From positions 1-64,000 of the forward strand of contig CAWGMQ010000008.1 in the NCBI GenBank assembly GCA_963823665.1: a stretch of 64,000 bases of DNA, written 5' to 3'. Origin of the DNA: an uncultured Planctomycetota bacterium. Its GTDB lineage: Bacteria > Planctomycetota > Planctomycetia > Isosphaerales > Isosphaeraceae. Both the position numbers and the translations under genes were made by a program. Under the pieces are notes generated by a model. That model made no database searches, was not told the origin of the DNA, and saw only the letters and a program-made list of their open reading frames with translations. Position 1 is the first letter of the stretch. Every line of letters begins with the position of its first letter. Below, in pieces: positions 12,884-23,134 of this stretch.

Positions 12884-15242
12884 GCTTCCCCTCGAGCTGA
12901 GCGACCGCCCGCCGCGACCAGTCGTTCCCGATATCCAGAAGAAGCGCCTTCTGGGCCGCCGCCAGTGCCAGGCGTAGGTTGGTCTCGACGGCGGGCCGGT
13001 CTTCCCTGCGGTAAGCGTTCTTGTAGTACTGGGCATACGCCGTCGACAAGGCGAGGTGCGCGGCTGGCTGGCCTGGCCACCGCTCGACGAGAATCGACGC
13101 AAGCGCGTGCATCCGATCGGCAGTCTTTGCCGCCAGATTTAGACTGCCCGCGTGGCGCTCACTCGCGGCTTTGCAAAACATCAATCTAGTCAATTGATAG
13201 CCGATCCTTGATTCCTGCGCCGCGTCTCCCGTGCAGGCCGGCATCGCGGCCAGAACGGCCCCCGCGCGCTCGGCCCAGTCGCGCGCCGAGAGTCTCTCGG
13301 ATTCCGCGTTGAAGAGCATGCAAATCGGCTCGCGCTCTACCGTGCGATCGAGTTGGGCTCCCGGAGTTGAGATTCCGCTCGGGTTATTTCGAGCAAGCTC
13401 CTGCCGTCCAAGCAACAGTTGGAGCGAGCAGAGGGGTGGCAGGAGCCTCGTCCGCGAGTTGGCCTGTGGCCAGAGGTCCAGGCGTAAAAGGCTTTCGGCA
13501 CGCTCGCGGTCGCCCCGCCCATTGGCCAGGCGAGCCAGAGCAATGTGTCCCTCGACGAGATTTTCGATTTCGGCATCCGCCATGAGACCAGAGAGCGCGT
13601 CACCCTGAATGATCGTGCGCTCCCGGAAGCGCATACTCTCTTCGACAATCCCTTGTTTCTCGAGCACGTCGGCCAGGTGATTCAACGTCTCCCAGCGGCG
13701 ACGGAGTGCGTTTTGATCTGCATCGTTTTTCTGGAGGATCTTCTCCCAGTAGACCAGTGATTCCTCGAAGCGAGCCTGACACTCGGGCCATCTCTGTTCG
13801 TCCTCGAGGCTCCTTCCCAGGAAAAGATCGACCAGCGCAATCAGCGTCCAGAGAGATGGGTCATCCGTCCGGGGATCGGCCAGCTCGAGCATGCGGCAGC
13901 GTGCGTTCTGGAGCGATCCCTCCAGCTCGTGTCTATCGAGTGAACGATCCGACTCGATGCCGGCCGCTCCCAGTTCGAGGATCTCCGCCAGCGCCGTACG
14001 CGCTACCTTGTAGTCGGCCTCAGCCAGGCCGCGCTCCGCCATCGCGCGGATTCTCTGCGCGTCCGCCTGTCTCCAGAGCACGAAGACGGCCACGAAGCTG
14101 GTCGAAAGCGTCAGTGCCAGCGCCGCCGCGAGGGCAGCGACGACCGGCCGGCGGCGGCACAAACGCCAGACCCGCTCGACCGGTGAGATCGTCCGCGCGA
14201 CGATCGGGCGGCCTTTCAGCCATCCATCGAGGTCCTCCGCCAGGGCCTCGGCCGACGCATATCGGCGGCGCGGGTCTTTCTGCAGGCATTTCAGGCAGAT
14301 CGTCTCGATGTCGCGCGGAATCGCCGGGTTCAATCGCCGCGGGGGAACCGGCTCCTGATTCCGAACCTGTTCCAGCATCTCCACCAGCGACGGCGCCGCA
14401 AACGGCGGCCGGCCCGTGAGCGCGTGGTAAAGCAGACCACCCAGGCCATAGACATCGGCCGCCGGCCCGATCGCCGCGCGATCTCCCACAAGCTGCTCGG
14501 GAGCCATGTAACGGGGCGTACCCATCGGCCCGCCGGTCGCCGTCATGCCGGCCATCGTGTCCGGGTCGTTCCACGGGAAAGCGATTCCGAAATCGCTCAC
14601 GCGTGGAGTCAACTGCTCCCTGGGCAGCTCGGGCGGCCCGTCGAGCAGAATGTTCGACGGCTTGAGGTCCAGATGCAGAATCCCCGCCGCGTGGATCGCC
14701 GCGACCGTACGAGCAACGCTTTCAAGCAGCCTGGCGGCAACCTTTGCGTCGTAAGGAATCTCCAGCCGCGTTTCCAGACTTCCGCCTGGCACAAGGTCAA
14801 GCACCAGGTACAGCCATCCACTCGCCTCGCCAACCTGGTAAAGTCGCACCACGTTATCATGCCGCACGCGCGCGATCGATCGCGCCTCGCGCAGCCAGCG
14901 AGCGTGGTCATGCGAGCCGGCCGGTCCCCCGCGCACCAGCTTCAGAGCCACGCGCCGGTTCAGCCTCGGTTCCCTCGCCTGGTAGACAATGCTCATTCCG
15001 CCGCGGCCCAGCTCGCGCTCGATCTCGAACCCGGGAATAACCGGTGGAACGGACGGGAGCGGCACGACCCCCGAGCCCGCGGCGCCCGCGACCTTGTCGT
15101 TCTCGACAATCTGGTCCAGCTTTCCCTGGCAGATCAAACAGCCATCGATGTGCGACTCAAGCGCAGGCGATCGAGCACCCGATAGCGAATCCGATCCCAG
15201 CCGGGCCAGCGTCTCCTCAGTCGGACACGGTTGCACGACCAA
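12858..15242 (-). CDS. Hanks-type Ser/Thr protein kinase with N-terminal ZAS/zf-HC2-like motif, TM segment and TPR-like C-terminus
   Basis: LGRGGMSIVY, VALK, HLDLKPSNILL, DFG and GTPRYMAPE motifs. N-terminal CPTEETL...HIDGCLIC, hydrophobic VVAALAAALALTLSTSFVAVFVLW, and a GGGGAG RBS. Confidence 0.92.
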   Translation of the reverse strand: MVVQPCPTEETLARLGSDSLSGARSPALESHIDGCLICQGKLDQIVENDKVAGAAGSGVVPLPSVPPVIPGFEIERELGRGGMSIVYQAREPRLNRRVALKLVRGGPAGSHDHARWLREARSIARVRHDNVVRLYQVGEASGWLYLVLDLVPGGSLETRLEIPYDAKVAARLLESVARTVAAIHAAGILHLDLKPSNILLDGPPELPREQLTPRVSDFGIAFPWNDPDTMAGMTATGGPMGTPRYMAPEQLVGDRAAIGPAADVYGLGGLLYHALTGRPPFAAPSLVEMLEQVRNQEPVPPRRLNPAIPRDIETICLKCLQKDPRRRYASAEALAEDLDGWLKGRPIVARTISPVERVWRLCRRRPVVAALAAALALTLSTSFVAVFVLWRQADAQRIRAMAERGLAEADYKVARTALAEILELGAAGIESDRSLDRHELEGSLQNARCRMLELADPRTDDPSLWTLIALVDLFLGRSLEDEQRWPECQARFEESLVYWEKILQKNDADQNALRRRWETLNHLADVLEKQGIVEESMRFRERTIIQGDALSGLMADAEIENLVEGHIALARLANGRGDRERAESLLRLDLWPQANSRTRLLPPLCSLQLLLGRQELARNNPSGISTPGAQLDRTVEREPICMLFNAESERLSARDWAERAGAVLAAMPACTGDAAQESRIGYQLTRLMFCKAASERHAGSLNLAAKTADRMHALASILVERWPGQPAAHLALSTAYAQYYKNAYRREDRPAVETNLRLALAAAQKALLLDIGNDWSRRAVAQLEGKLKGLGSSR

Positions 15243-15268
15243 ACACTCCCCTTCGAGGACGCGCGTGA

Positions 15269-15940
15269 TCAGTCACGGTCCCGAGCAAGATGTCGTTCAC
15301 TCGAGCCGGTACATCCGTGCGCGAAGGCCGCGAGCCAGTGCTGGCCCTCGACTCGCAACATCCTTTCCACCCGGCGATACCCATTGTAAACAGCGGTGTA
15401 TTTCTTGCCGAGCGAGTCGGCGGCTTCACGCACCGTCGAATCCTCGATTGCGATCATCCAGTAGCCGCGCCAGGTTTCCGGATCGACGCGGCAGCGGACA
15501 GCCTCTTGAGCCGACGAGGCCGCGCAGAGCAGAGCGAGCGACACCGCGTCTCGCTCCTCCTCCTCACTACCATCGCTTGCCCCCCAATTCGAGCAGGCTG
15601 CCGGCAGTTGCCTCACAGCGAATTCGTCGACGGACGTAATTCCAGCCGCCCTTCGCGCTCGGAGCATGTCGATCGCCCGCGACCGGAACAACCGCCATAA
15701 CCACCGCCGAAATCCCCTCCCGGGGTCATAGCGGAATGTCCGCATCCGTGCCATGAGCTCGATCCAGATCCGCTGGCATAACTCGTCACTGTCGTCACCG
15801 TCGAGCACGAATCCTCGGCACCAGAGCCGCAACATGGGATGGTATCGCTCGAAAAACGCGTTCCACGCCGTATCATCACCCCAGTTGCGCACCCGGCCCA
15901 GAAGCGTCGGGCTCGTCAGACCGCTGTCCGCCTGTATCAT
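15269..15940 (-). CDS. ECF sigma-70 factor (planctomycete kinase-associated type)
   Basis: TSPTLLGRVR..DDTAWNAFFERY...FRYDPGRGFRRWL...AIDMLR (sigma2) and VREAADSLG...AVYNGYRRV (sigma4 HTH). Ends 26 bp upstream of the kinase on the same strand. Alternative GTG start at 15964. Confidence 0.9.
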   Translation of the reverse strand: MIQADSGLTSPTLLGRVRNWGDDTAWNAFFERYHPMLRLWCRGFVLDGDDSDELCQRIWIELMARMRTFRYDPGRGFRRWLWRLFRSRAIDMLRARRAAGITSVDEFAVRQLPAACSNWGASDGSEEEERDAVSLALLCAASSAQEAVRCRVDPETWRGYWMIAIEDSTVREAADSLGKKYTAVYNGYRRVERMLRVEGQHWLAAFAHGCTGSSERHLARDRD

Positions 15941-16377
15941 CGTCACCGCGTCTCCGCGAATCACGTCCGGTGCGGCTCGAGCGGTCTCGTGCCGGCTCGT
16001 GTATATACCGTTCGTAAGTTAGGTGAATGACTCGCCGGGCGCCCTCGACCCCAGTGCATTTTCCGGTGTCGCTCTCGCCTTGAAATCCGACGAGCTAATC
16101 AACCAATGCATTCTATCATGCTCGACCCAGTTGAGCCAGTCCGTGGTGACTTCTGCTGAGTCGGCGCAGGAGTACTGCTGGCAAGGTAGTGCGTCCGCGC
16201 AAAGTCGAACCCGCCAAGGGTGTCGCATGGCGGGAAAACTCCATCGCCGGCGATACCGGCGCAAGTCCTCACCCGGCGAGAGGTCTTCTTTGGGAGCACT
16301 CTTCCTTTCGCGCAACTGTGAAAAGCGACCTTCGCCTTCAGTCGGGCGACGACCCGAGCCTCCCCGTGGGAACAGCC

Positions 16378-19300
16378 ATGATCACCGATTCTCCGAGCTG
16401 GTTCGCGTCGCGAGGCAAACCGTCGCTCTGCTCATCAAAGCCTCGCTCGAGCATGACCGGTCGCGAACGACACCGTAATCGCCCCTTGCTCGAAATGCTC
16501 GAGCCGCGCCGCGTACTCTCGACAATCACATGGAACACAACGCAGGCGCCGACCGGCGGTGATTGGAACACGGCGAGCAACTGGAGCCCGGCCCAGATCC
16601 CTGGCCCCGGCGACACGGCCAAGATCACCGGCTTGACGGGCTCGGGCATCGTTTCGATTGGTGCGAACGCCATTGATTCGGTCGCGGCCTTGAACATTGA
16701 TAGGAGTACGACACTCAAAGTGAACAGCGGGTCGCTCACGCTCGGCGCCGGTCCGTCCACGATTGGCGGCCCCGTCGACGTGGCTGACGGCGCGACGTTG
16801 AACGTGGCAGCGAGTGCAACGGTCACAATCTCATACGAGCAAACGCTCACCGATGACGGGACGCTCAATTTCAACACCGGAGATATCGTCACCCTCGCCC
16901 AAATGGGCGGCTATGGCTCGGAAATCGCCGTCGCCGGCACGATGAACACCACCGGCGCCATCTTCAACGGACCCGCCGGCTCCCCGTCGACCATCGCGGT
17001 CTCCTCCGCCGGGCTCCTCACCGGCTCGAACAACACCTTTAACCTGCCCATCGCCGTCCCCTACAACAACGTCCAGTACCTGGCCGCCAACATCAGCTTC
17101 GAGCAGATCAACATCGACAACGGAACTCTCTCCGGCACGACTGTCGCGCTCAACCAGATCGGAACCAACGTCTCCAACTTGAGTTATGCGTTTCCGGCTG
17201 GCTTCACGATCGCATCAGACGGCACGCTGACCGTCGGAACGGACGTGACGGTACTCATCCCGGCCGGAGAAACTCTCACCGATGACGGGATGCTCTCTTT
17301 CAGCACCGGAGACTCGGTCACCCTTGCCCTCAGCGGCGGCCCGCAAATCGTCGTCGCCGGCACCATGAACACCAACGGCGCCACCTTCAATGGCTCTGGC
17401 AACTCAACCATCGCTGTCTCCTCCGCCGGGCTCCTCACCGGCTCGAACAACACCTTTAACCTGCCCATCTCAGTCCCCTACAACAACGTCCAGTACCTGG
17501 CCGCCAACAACAGCTTCGAGCAGATCAACATCGACAACGGAACTCTCTCCGGCACGACTGTCGCGCTCAACCAGATCGGAACCAACGTCTCCAACTTGAG
17601 TTATGCGTTTCCGGCTGGCTTCACGATCGCATCAGACGGTGTTCTGACGGTCGGACCGAATGTGACGGTACTCATCCCGTACGAGCAAATGCTCACCGAT
17701 GACGGGATGCTCACATTGAGCACCGGAGATAGCGTCACCCTCGCCTCCATGGGCGGCAATGGCTCCGAACTCGCCGTCGCCGGCACCATGACCGCCACCG
17801 GCACCACCTTGACCGGTGGCCGTAACTCGAATCTCACCGTAAGCTCCGGCGGAACCCTCATCGCCAGCGCCAGCACCGATAGCGTGCCCGGCACAGTCCT
17901 GAGCGCGGGCTCGAACGACACGCTCGGCGCCGTGGCCTTTTCCGGCACACTGACGATATCGAGCGCCGCCACCATCAACATCGCCGGCAACGATTTCACG
18001 AACGTGCCAGACCAGGGCGTCATCGCGACCGGCAATCCGAATTCCGATATCGATCTGGAGTACAACTACTGGGGCACAACGTCGGGAACCCAGATCGCCG
18101 CCAAGATCCTCGACAACACGACCGATCCATCTCGGCCTACCATCGATTACTCGAACTATTTGAGCGCGACGGCCGCTTACCGCTTCGTTGTGACAGGCTA
18201 CCCCTCACGAACCGCCGCCGGCGCGTCAGAGACCTTCACCGTGACCGTGGAGAACAACTCTGGAGCCGTCGTCACCGGCTACACCGGCACGATCCACTTC
18301 AGCAGCACCGATGGCCAGGTCAGCCCGGGAGCCGGCTTGCCCCTCAATTACACATTCACGACCGGCACAGGCGCAGACAATGGCGTGCACACCTTCTCCG
18401 CCACTCTGAAAACAGCCGGTTCGCAGTCGATCATCGCCCAGGACACAACGACCCGGATCCTCGGCATTGATTCCGCCATCATCGTCAACCCGGGCCCGGC
18501 CAGCAGCCTCGCCGTTTCGGGATTTCCGTCGCCCACGATTTCGGGCGCCACCCATCTCTTCACCGTTTCGGCTCTGGACGCGTACGGCAATGTCGCCACC
18601 GGCTACGCCGGCACGATTCATTTCTCGAGCAGCGACACCTCGGTAACCGCCGGTAACGGCCTTCCCGCCGATTACACGTTCACGGCCGGTGTCGCAGGCG
18701 ACGACGGCGTACACATATTCGGCGCCAAATTGTATACCGCGGGAACGCAGTCCATCACGGCGACCGACACGGCGAACAATGCGATCGACGGCACCGAATC
18801 GTCCATCATCGTCAATCCGGCACCGGCCGCTAGCCTGGTCATCTCCGCCTACCCATCCCCGACCACCGCCGGCACGGCCCAGAACTTCACCGTCACGGTC
18901 TACGACACCAATGGCCACATCGCCACCAGCTACACCGGCACGATCCACTTCTCGAGCAGCGACGGTCAAGCAAGCGCTGGAAACGGCCTGCCTTCCAACT
19001 ACACGTTCACCACCGGCACCGGTGCCGATAACGGGGTGCACACTTTCAGCGCGACGCTCAAGACCGCCGGAACGCAGTCCATCACCGCCACCGACACCGC
19101 CAAGAGTTCCATCACCGGCACCCAGTCCGGCATCATCGTCAACCCCGCAGCCGCCAGCACGCTCGTCGTTTCGGCCTATCCTTCGCCGACCACGGCGGGC
19201 ACTGCGCAGCCCTTCACCGTCACGGCCCAAGACCCATACGGCAACCTCGACACCGGCTACACCGGCACCGTCCACTTCACCAGCACCGACAACAAGTCGA

Positions 19301-22300
19301 CCGCCGGTAACGGCCTGCCTTCCGACTACACCTTCACCACCGGCACCGGCGCCGACAACGGCACCCACGTCTTCAGCGCCACGCTGAAAACCGCGGGAAC
19401 ACAGTCAATCACCGCCACCGACACCGCGAATAGTTCCATCAGCGGCGTGCAGTCCGGCATCATTGTCGTCCCCGCTGCGGCCAGCACGCTGGTCGTCTCA
19501 GCATATCCTTCGCCAACCACTTCCGGGGCACCGAACAACTTCACCGTGACGGTAGTGGACGCAAACGGCAACGTCGCCACCGGCTACACCGGCACGATTC
19601 AATTCACGAGCAGCGACCCCAAGGCGATCGCCGGGAATGGTCTGCCTTCCAACTACGCCTTCACCACCGGCAGCGGGCACGATAACGGTGTGCACGTCTT
19701 CAGCGCCCGCCTGAAAACGACAGGATCACAGTCAATCACCGCCACGGATACGGCCAATTCCTCCATTACCGGCACCCAGTCCGGCATCATCGTCAACCCG
19801 GCAATCGCCAGCACGCTGGTCATCTCTGCGTATCCCTCGCCAACCACGGCAGGGGCCGCCCAGAACTTCACCGTGACCGTCTATGACACGAACGGAAACG
19901 TCGACACCAATTACACTGGCACGATCCACTTCACCAGCAGCGACCCCAAGTCGACCGCCGGAAATGGCCTCCCCTCCAATTACACCTTCACCGCCGGCTC
20001 GGGCGACGACAACGGCGTGCACACCTTCAGCGCGACGCTCAAAACAGCCGGCACCCAGTCAATCACCGCCACCGACACCGTGAGCGTCGCCATTCACGGC
20101 ACCCAATCCGGCATCGTCGTCGACCCCGCCATCGCCGGCATCCTGATCGTCTCGGGCTACCCGTCACCGACCACCGCGGGCTTCGCGCATCAAATCGCTG
20201 TGACCGCCTACGACCCCTACGGAAACGTCGCCACCGGCTACACTGGCACGGTCCACTTCACCAGTACCGACACGCTGGTGACCCCCGGCAACGGCCTGCC
20301 GCTCGACTACACGTTCACGACGGGCTCCGGCGGCGACGACGGCACGCACACCTTTAGCGTCACGCTGGAGGCCGCCGGCATACAATCGCTCACGGCCACG
20401 GACACCCAGACTCCGAGCATTACCGGTACGCAATCCGGCATCATCGTCTATCCCGCACTGGCCAGCGAGATCAAGATTGTCTCACGCCCGCCTGGCGGCG
20501 TCATCGCCGGCAAGCCGTTCGCCATCACCGTCAACGCACTCGACCCATACGGCAACCTCGACACATCGTGCACAGGGAACGTCACCGTGGGATTGGCGAG
20601 CGGTCCAGGAATGTTGACCGGCACGCTCATGATGCAGGCCAGCGCCGGCGTGGCCGTGTTCGACGACCTGGTCGACACGGCGAGCGGCGACATCGCCTTG
20701 AGCGCCGCCAGCGGCACCCTGACCGGCGACACCACCCCGCCAATCCCCGTCGCCGCCGCGACTCCCGCGCAATTTGCCGTCGCCACCAGCTTCAATAGCA
20801 CCGATGTCGCAGGAACGTCGGGCACAGTCACCATCACCGCCGAGGACCAGTTTGGCAACCCGGAAAACGGTTCCAGCCCATATGAGGGCACGGTGGATTT
20901 GAGCAGCACCGATGGCCAGCGCGCAGGTCTGCCCCCCAACTACACCTTCGTCGCCGACGACGCCGGATCGCACACGTTCGATAACGTGATCCTCGAAACC
21001 GCCGGTAGCCAGTCGATCACGGCAACTGACTCCGCGACCAGCACAATCACGGGAACAAGTCCCACAGTCAACGTCGTCTCAGCAGCCACATATGACTTCG
21101 CCGTCACCACGAGCTTCGCGAATCCCGACGTCGCCGGCACCCCAGGCTCGGTCACCGTCACCGCGAAAGACCTCTACGGCAACATTGTCGGAAACGGCCC
21201 CAACCAGTATGAAGGAATGATCGACCTGGCCAGCACCGACCCCAAGCTGGCGGGCCTCCCGGCCACCTATACCTTCGTCGCCGCGGACGCGGGCTCGCAC
21301 ACGTTCAATAACGTGATCCTCGAAACGGCCGGTAGCCAGTCGTTCACAGCGACCGACTCCGTTTCCAGCACAATCACGGGCACCAGTCCCGAAGTCACCG
21401 TCGCCCCAGCGATCACTCACGAGTTCGTCGTCTCCACGAGCTTCGCGAATCCCGATGTCGCCGGCTCGCGGGCAACAGTCACCGTCACCGCCATGGACCT
21501 CTACGGCAACGTCGCTGGCAGCGGCCCTAAGCAATATGAAGGCACGATCGACCTGACGGGCACCGACCCCAAGCTGGCGGGCCTCCCGGCCACGTATATG
21601 TTCGTCGCTGCCGACGCGGGCTCGCACACGTTCGATAACGTGATTCTCGAAACGGCCGGCAGCCAGTCGTTCACGGCAACCGACTCCGATTCCAGCGTGA
21701 TCAAGGGAACCAGTCCCGCAGTCAACGTCGTTCCCGCAGCCGCCTACGACTTCATGGTCACCACGAGTTTCGCGAATCCCGACGTCGCCGGCACGTCGGG
21801 AACGGTCAGCGTCACAGCGAAGGATCCCTACGGCAACACCGCCGATACCGGACCCAACCAATACGAAGGCACGATTGATCTGGCCAGCACCGACCCCAAG
21901 CTGGAGGGCCTCCCGTCCACCTACATGTTCGTCTCCGCCGACGCGGGCTCGCACACATTCGATAACGTGGTCCTCAAAACGGCCGGCAGCCAGTCGATCA
22001 GAGCGACTGACTCGATTTCCGCGACCATCACCGGAGTGGCTGCGGTGAATGTGGTTGCGGCCCAGGCAACGCTGTTAGAGGTGACGATTTCCCCGCCCGA
22101 CCCGATCATTGCCGGCCAGCCATTCAACATGGCAGTGTCGGCCGAAGACCCGTTTGGAAACGTGAACTCATCCTTCAGTGGGAGTGTCACGATCTCTCTG
22201 GCCAACGCCCCGGGCTTCCCGGTGACCGTCCAGGCCGCAAACGGCGTGGCAACCTTCACGGGCCTCACCGCCGGCACAGCCGCTCAGGGCGAGTCAATCG

Positions 22301-22803
22301 TGGTGACCGCGAGCGGCTTGCCCCCGAAAGCGAACCCGCCCATTGAAGTGGCGCCGCCGCTCGTGCCGCCTTCCCCGGCGATCATCGGCGAGCAGGTCGT
22401 GATGACACCAAAGAAGAATCAGAAAGGCAAGACCGTCGGCAAGCCGGTGTTCTCCGGCTTCAGGTTCTATTTCAGCACCGCGATGAATCCCACGACGACA
22501 CAGAATCCCAACAACTACACAGTCGACGCGACGACGACCAAGCGCATCAAGAACAAGACCAAAACATCGCTCAAGCCGGTCAAAGTTTCGGCGGCCTATG
22601 ACCCGACGACCGACTCCGTCACCGTGACCATCCTGAGCAAACAACCATTCACGACGGGAGGCCAGATTATCATCACCAATTCTCCTCCGAACGGGGTTTC
22701 CAGCGCAGGTGACGGCTTCCTGAACGCGAACGACACCGAATTCAAGATCCTGGCGAAAGCAAAGCACATCATCGCTGCAAGCGGCCTCCAGGTCTCTTCG
22801 TGA
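16378..22803 (+). CDS. Giant surface/secreted protein (~2141 aa): planctomycete LEPRxLL-type leader, beta-helix-like repeats, Ig-like repeats, Lys-rich C-terminal domain
   Basis: RHRNRPLLEMLEPRRVLS leader. About 2.5 ~140-aa repeats, 7 type-A (YPSPTTAG...GYTGTIHF...LKTAGTQSITATD) and 4 type-B (SFANPDVAG) ~110-aa modules. ATG 16378 gives a leader the same length as the paralog's. Confidence 0.88.
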   Translation: MITDSPSWFASRGKPSLCSSKPRSSMTGRERHRNRPLLEMLEPRRVLSTITWNTTQAPTGGDWNTASNWSPAQIPGPGDTAKITGLTGSGIVSIGANAIDSVAALNIDRSTTLKVNSGSLTLGAGPSTIGGPVDVADGATLNVAASATVTISYEQTLTDDGTLNFNTGDIVTLAQMGGYGSEIAVAGTMNTTGAIFNGPAGSPSTIAVSSAGLLTGSNNTFNLPIAVPYNNVQYLAANISFEQINIDNGTLSGTTVALNQIGTNVSNLSYAFPAGFTIASDGTLTVGTDVTVLIPAGETLTDDGMLSFSTGDSVTLALSGGPQIVVAGTMNTNGATFNGSGNSTIAVSSAGLLTGSNNTFNLPISVPYNNVQYLAANNSFEQINIDNGTLSGTTVALNQIGTNVSNLSYAFPAGFTIASDGVLTVGPNVTVLIPYEQMLTDDGMLTLSTGDSVTLASMGGNGSELAVAGTMTATGTTLTGGRNSNLTVSSGGTLIASASTDSVPGTVLSAGSNDTLGAVAFSGTLTISSAATINIAGNDFTNVPDQGVIATGNPNSDIDLEYNYWGTTSGTQIAAKILDNTTDPSRPTIDYSNYLSATAAYRFVVTGYPSRTAAGASETFTVTVENNSGAVVTGYTGTIHFSSTDGQVSPGAGLPLNYTFTTGTGADNGVHTFSATLKTAGSQSIIAQDTTTRILGIDSAIIVNPGPASSLAVSGFPSPTISGATHLFTVSALDAYGNVATGYAGTIHFSSSDTSVTAGNGLPADYTFTAGVAGDDGVHIFGAKLYTAGTQSITATDTANNAIDGTESSIIVNPAPAASLVISAYPSPTTAGTAQNFTVTVYDTNGHIATSYTGTIHFSSSDGQASAGNGLPSNYTFTTGTGADNGVHTFSATLKTAGTQSITATDTAKSSITGTQSGIIVNPAAASTLVVSAYPSPTTAGTAQPFTVTAQDPYGNLDTGYTGTVHFTSTDNKSTAGNGLPSDYTFTTGTGADNGTHVFSATLKTAGTQSITATDTANSSISGVQSGIIVVPAAASTLVVSAYPSPTTSGAPNNFTVTVVDANGNVATGYTGTIQFTSSDPKAIAGNGLPSNYAFTTGSGHDNGVHVFSARLKTTGSQSITATDTANSSITGTQSGIIVNPAIASTLVISAYPSPTTAGAAQNFTVTVYDTNGNVDTNYTGTIHFTSSDPKSTAGNGLPSNYTFTAGSGDDNGVHTFSATLKTAGTQSITATDTVSVAIHGTQSGIVVDPAIAGILIVSGYPSPTTAGFAHQIAVTAYDPYGNVATGYTGTVHFTSTDTLVTPGNGLPLDYTFTTGSGGDDGTHTFSVTLEAAGIQSLTATDTQTPSITGTQSGIIVYPALASEIKIVSRPPGGVIAGKPFAITVNALDPYGNLDTSCTGNVTVGLASGPGMLTGTLMMQASAGVAVFDDLVDTASGDIALSAASGTLTGDTTPPIPVAAATPAQFAVATSFNSTDVAGTSGTVTITAEDQFGNPENGSSPYEGTVDLSSTDGQRAGLPPNYTFVADDAGSHTFDNVILETAGSQSITATDSATSTITGTSPTVNVVSAATYDFAVTTSFANPDVAGTPGSVTVTAKDLYGNIVGNGPNQYEGMIDLASTDPKLAGLPATYTFVAADAGSHTFNNVILETAGSQSFTATDSVSSTITGTSPEVTVAPAITHEFVVSTSFANPDVAGSRATVTVTAMDLYGNVAGSGPKQYEGTIDLTGTDPKLAGLPATYMFVAADAGSHTFDNVILETAGSQSFTATDSDSSVIKGTSPAVNVVPAAAYDFMVTTSFANPDVAGTSGTVSVTAKDPYGNTADTGPNQYEGTIDLASTDPKLEGLPSTYMFVSADAGSHTFDNVVLKTAGSQSIRATDSISATITGVAAVNVVAAQATLLEVTISPPDPIIAGQPFNMAVSAEDPFGNVNSSFSGSVTISLANAPGFPVTVQAANGVATFTGLTAGTAAQGESIVVTASGLPPKANPPIEVAPPLVPPSPAIIGEQVVMTPKKNQKGKTVGKPVFSGFRFYFSTAMNPTTTQNPNNYTVDATTTKRIKNKTKTSLKPVKVSAAYDPTTDSVTVTILSKQPFTTGGQIIITNSPPNGVSSAGDGFLNANDTEFKILAKAKHIIAASGLQVSS

Positions 22804-23134
22804 AACTCTTCAGCTAGAGCGCCGACCCGCGCAAGTCGAACCGTGATCAAGCGTCTCCAGAATCAGAAAGCGAAAGTATGGCCAGCCGCCAAGCGCTTCG
22901 TCCCAACCGAAGCCCACCAATCAGCCGGGGGTACCCGAAATGACACGTGACAGCGATCAACCCACTCAATGCTGAACATTGACGAACATCGTTGACACCC
23001 AAGCGACGCGCGTGAGAAGATCCTATGGGTCGTTGCATGATTGACGACGCTGACTGAACCGATGCAGCGCTGCGTGCCGAACAATCGCTGCGGTCACACG
23101 ATCTGCCTACGCTCGGCGCATTCACGGAAATACA

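Noticed and set aside
16189..16377. ORF-track N-terminal extension of the first giant paralog
   Set aside because: The paralog's leader length supports ATG 16378, and the upstream part is more likely regulatory.
22974..23056. Clustered TTGAC/GAACAT repeats upstream of the second giant paralog
   Set aside because: TTGACA at 22992 has only a weak -10 partner and the repeat spacing is irregular, so it is too weak to call.
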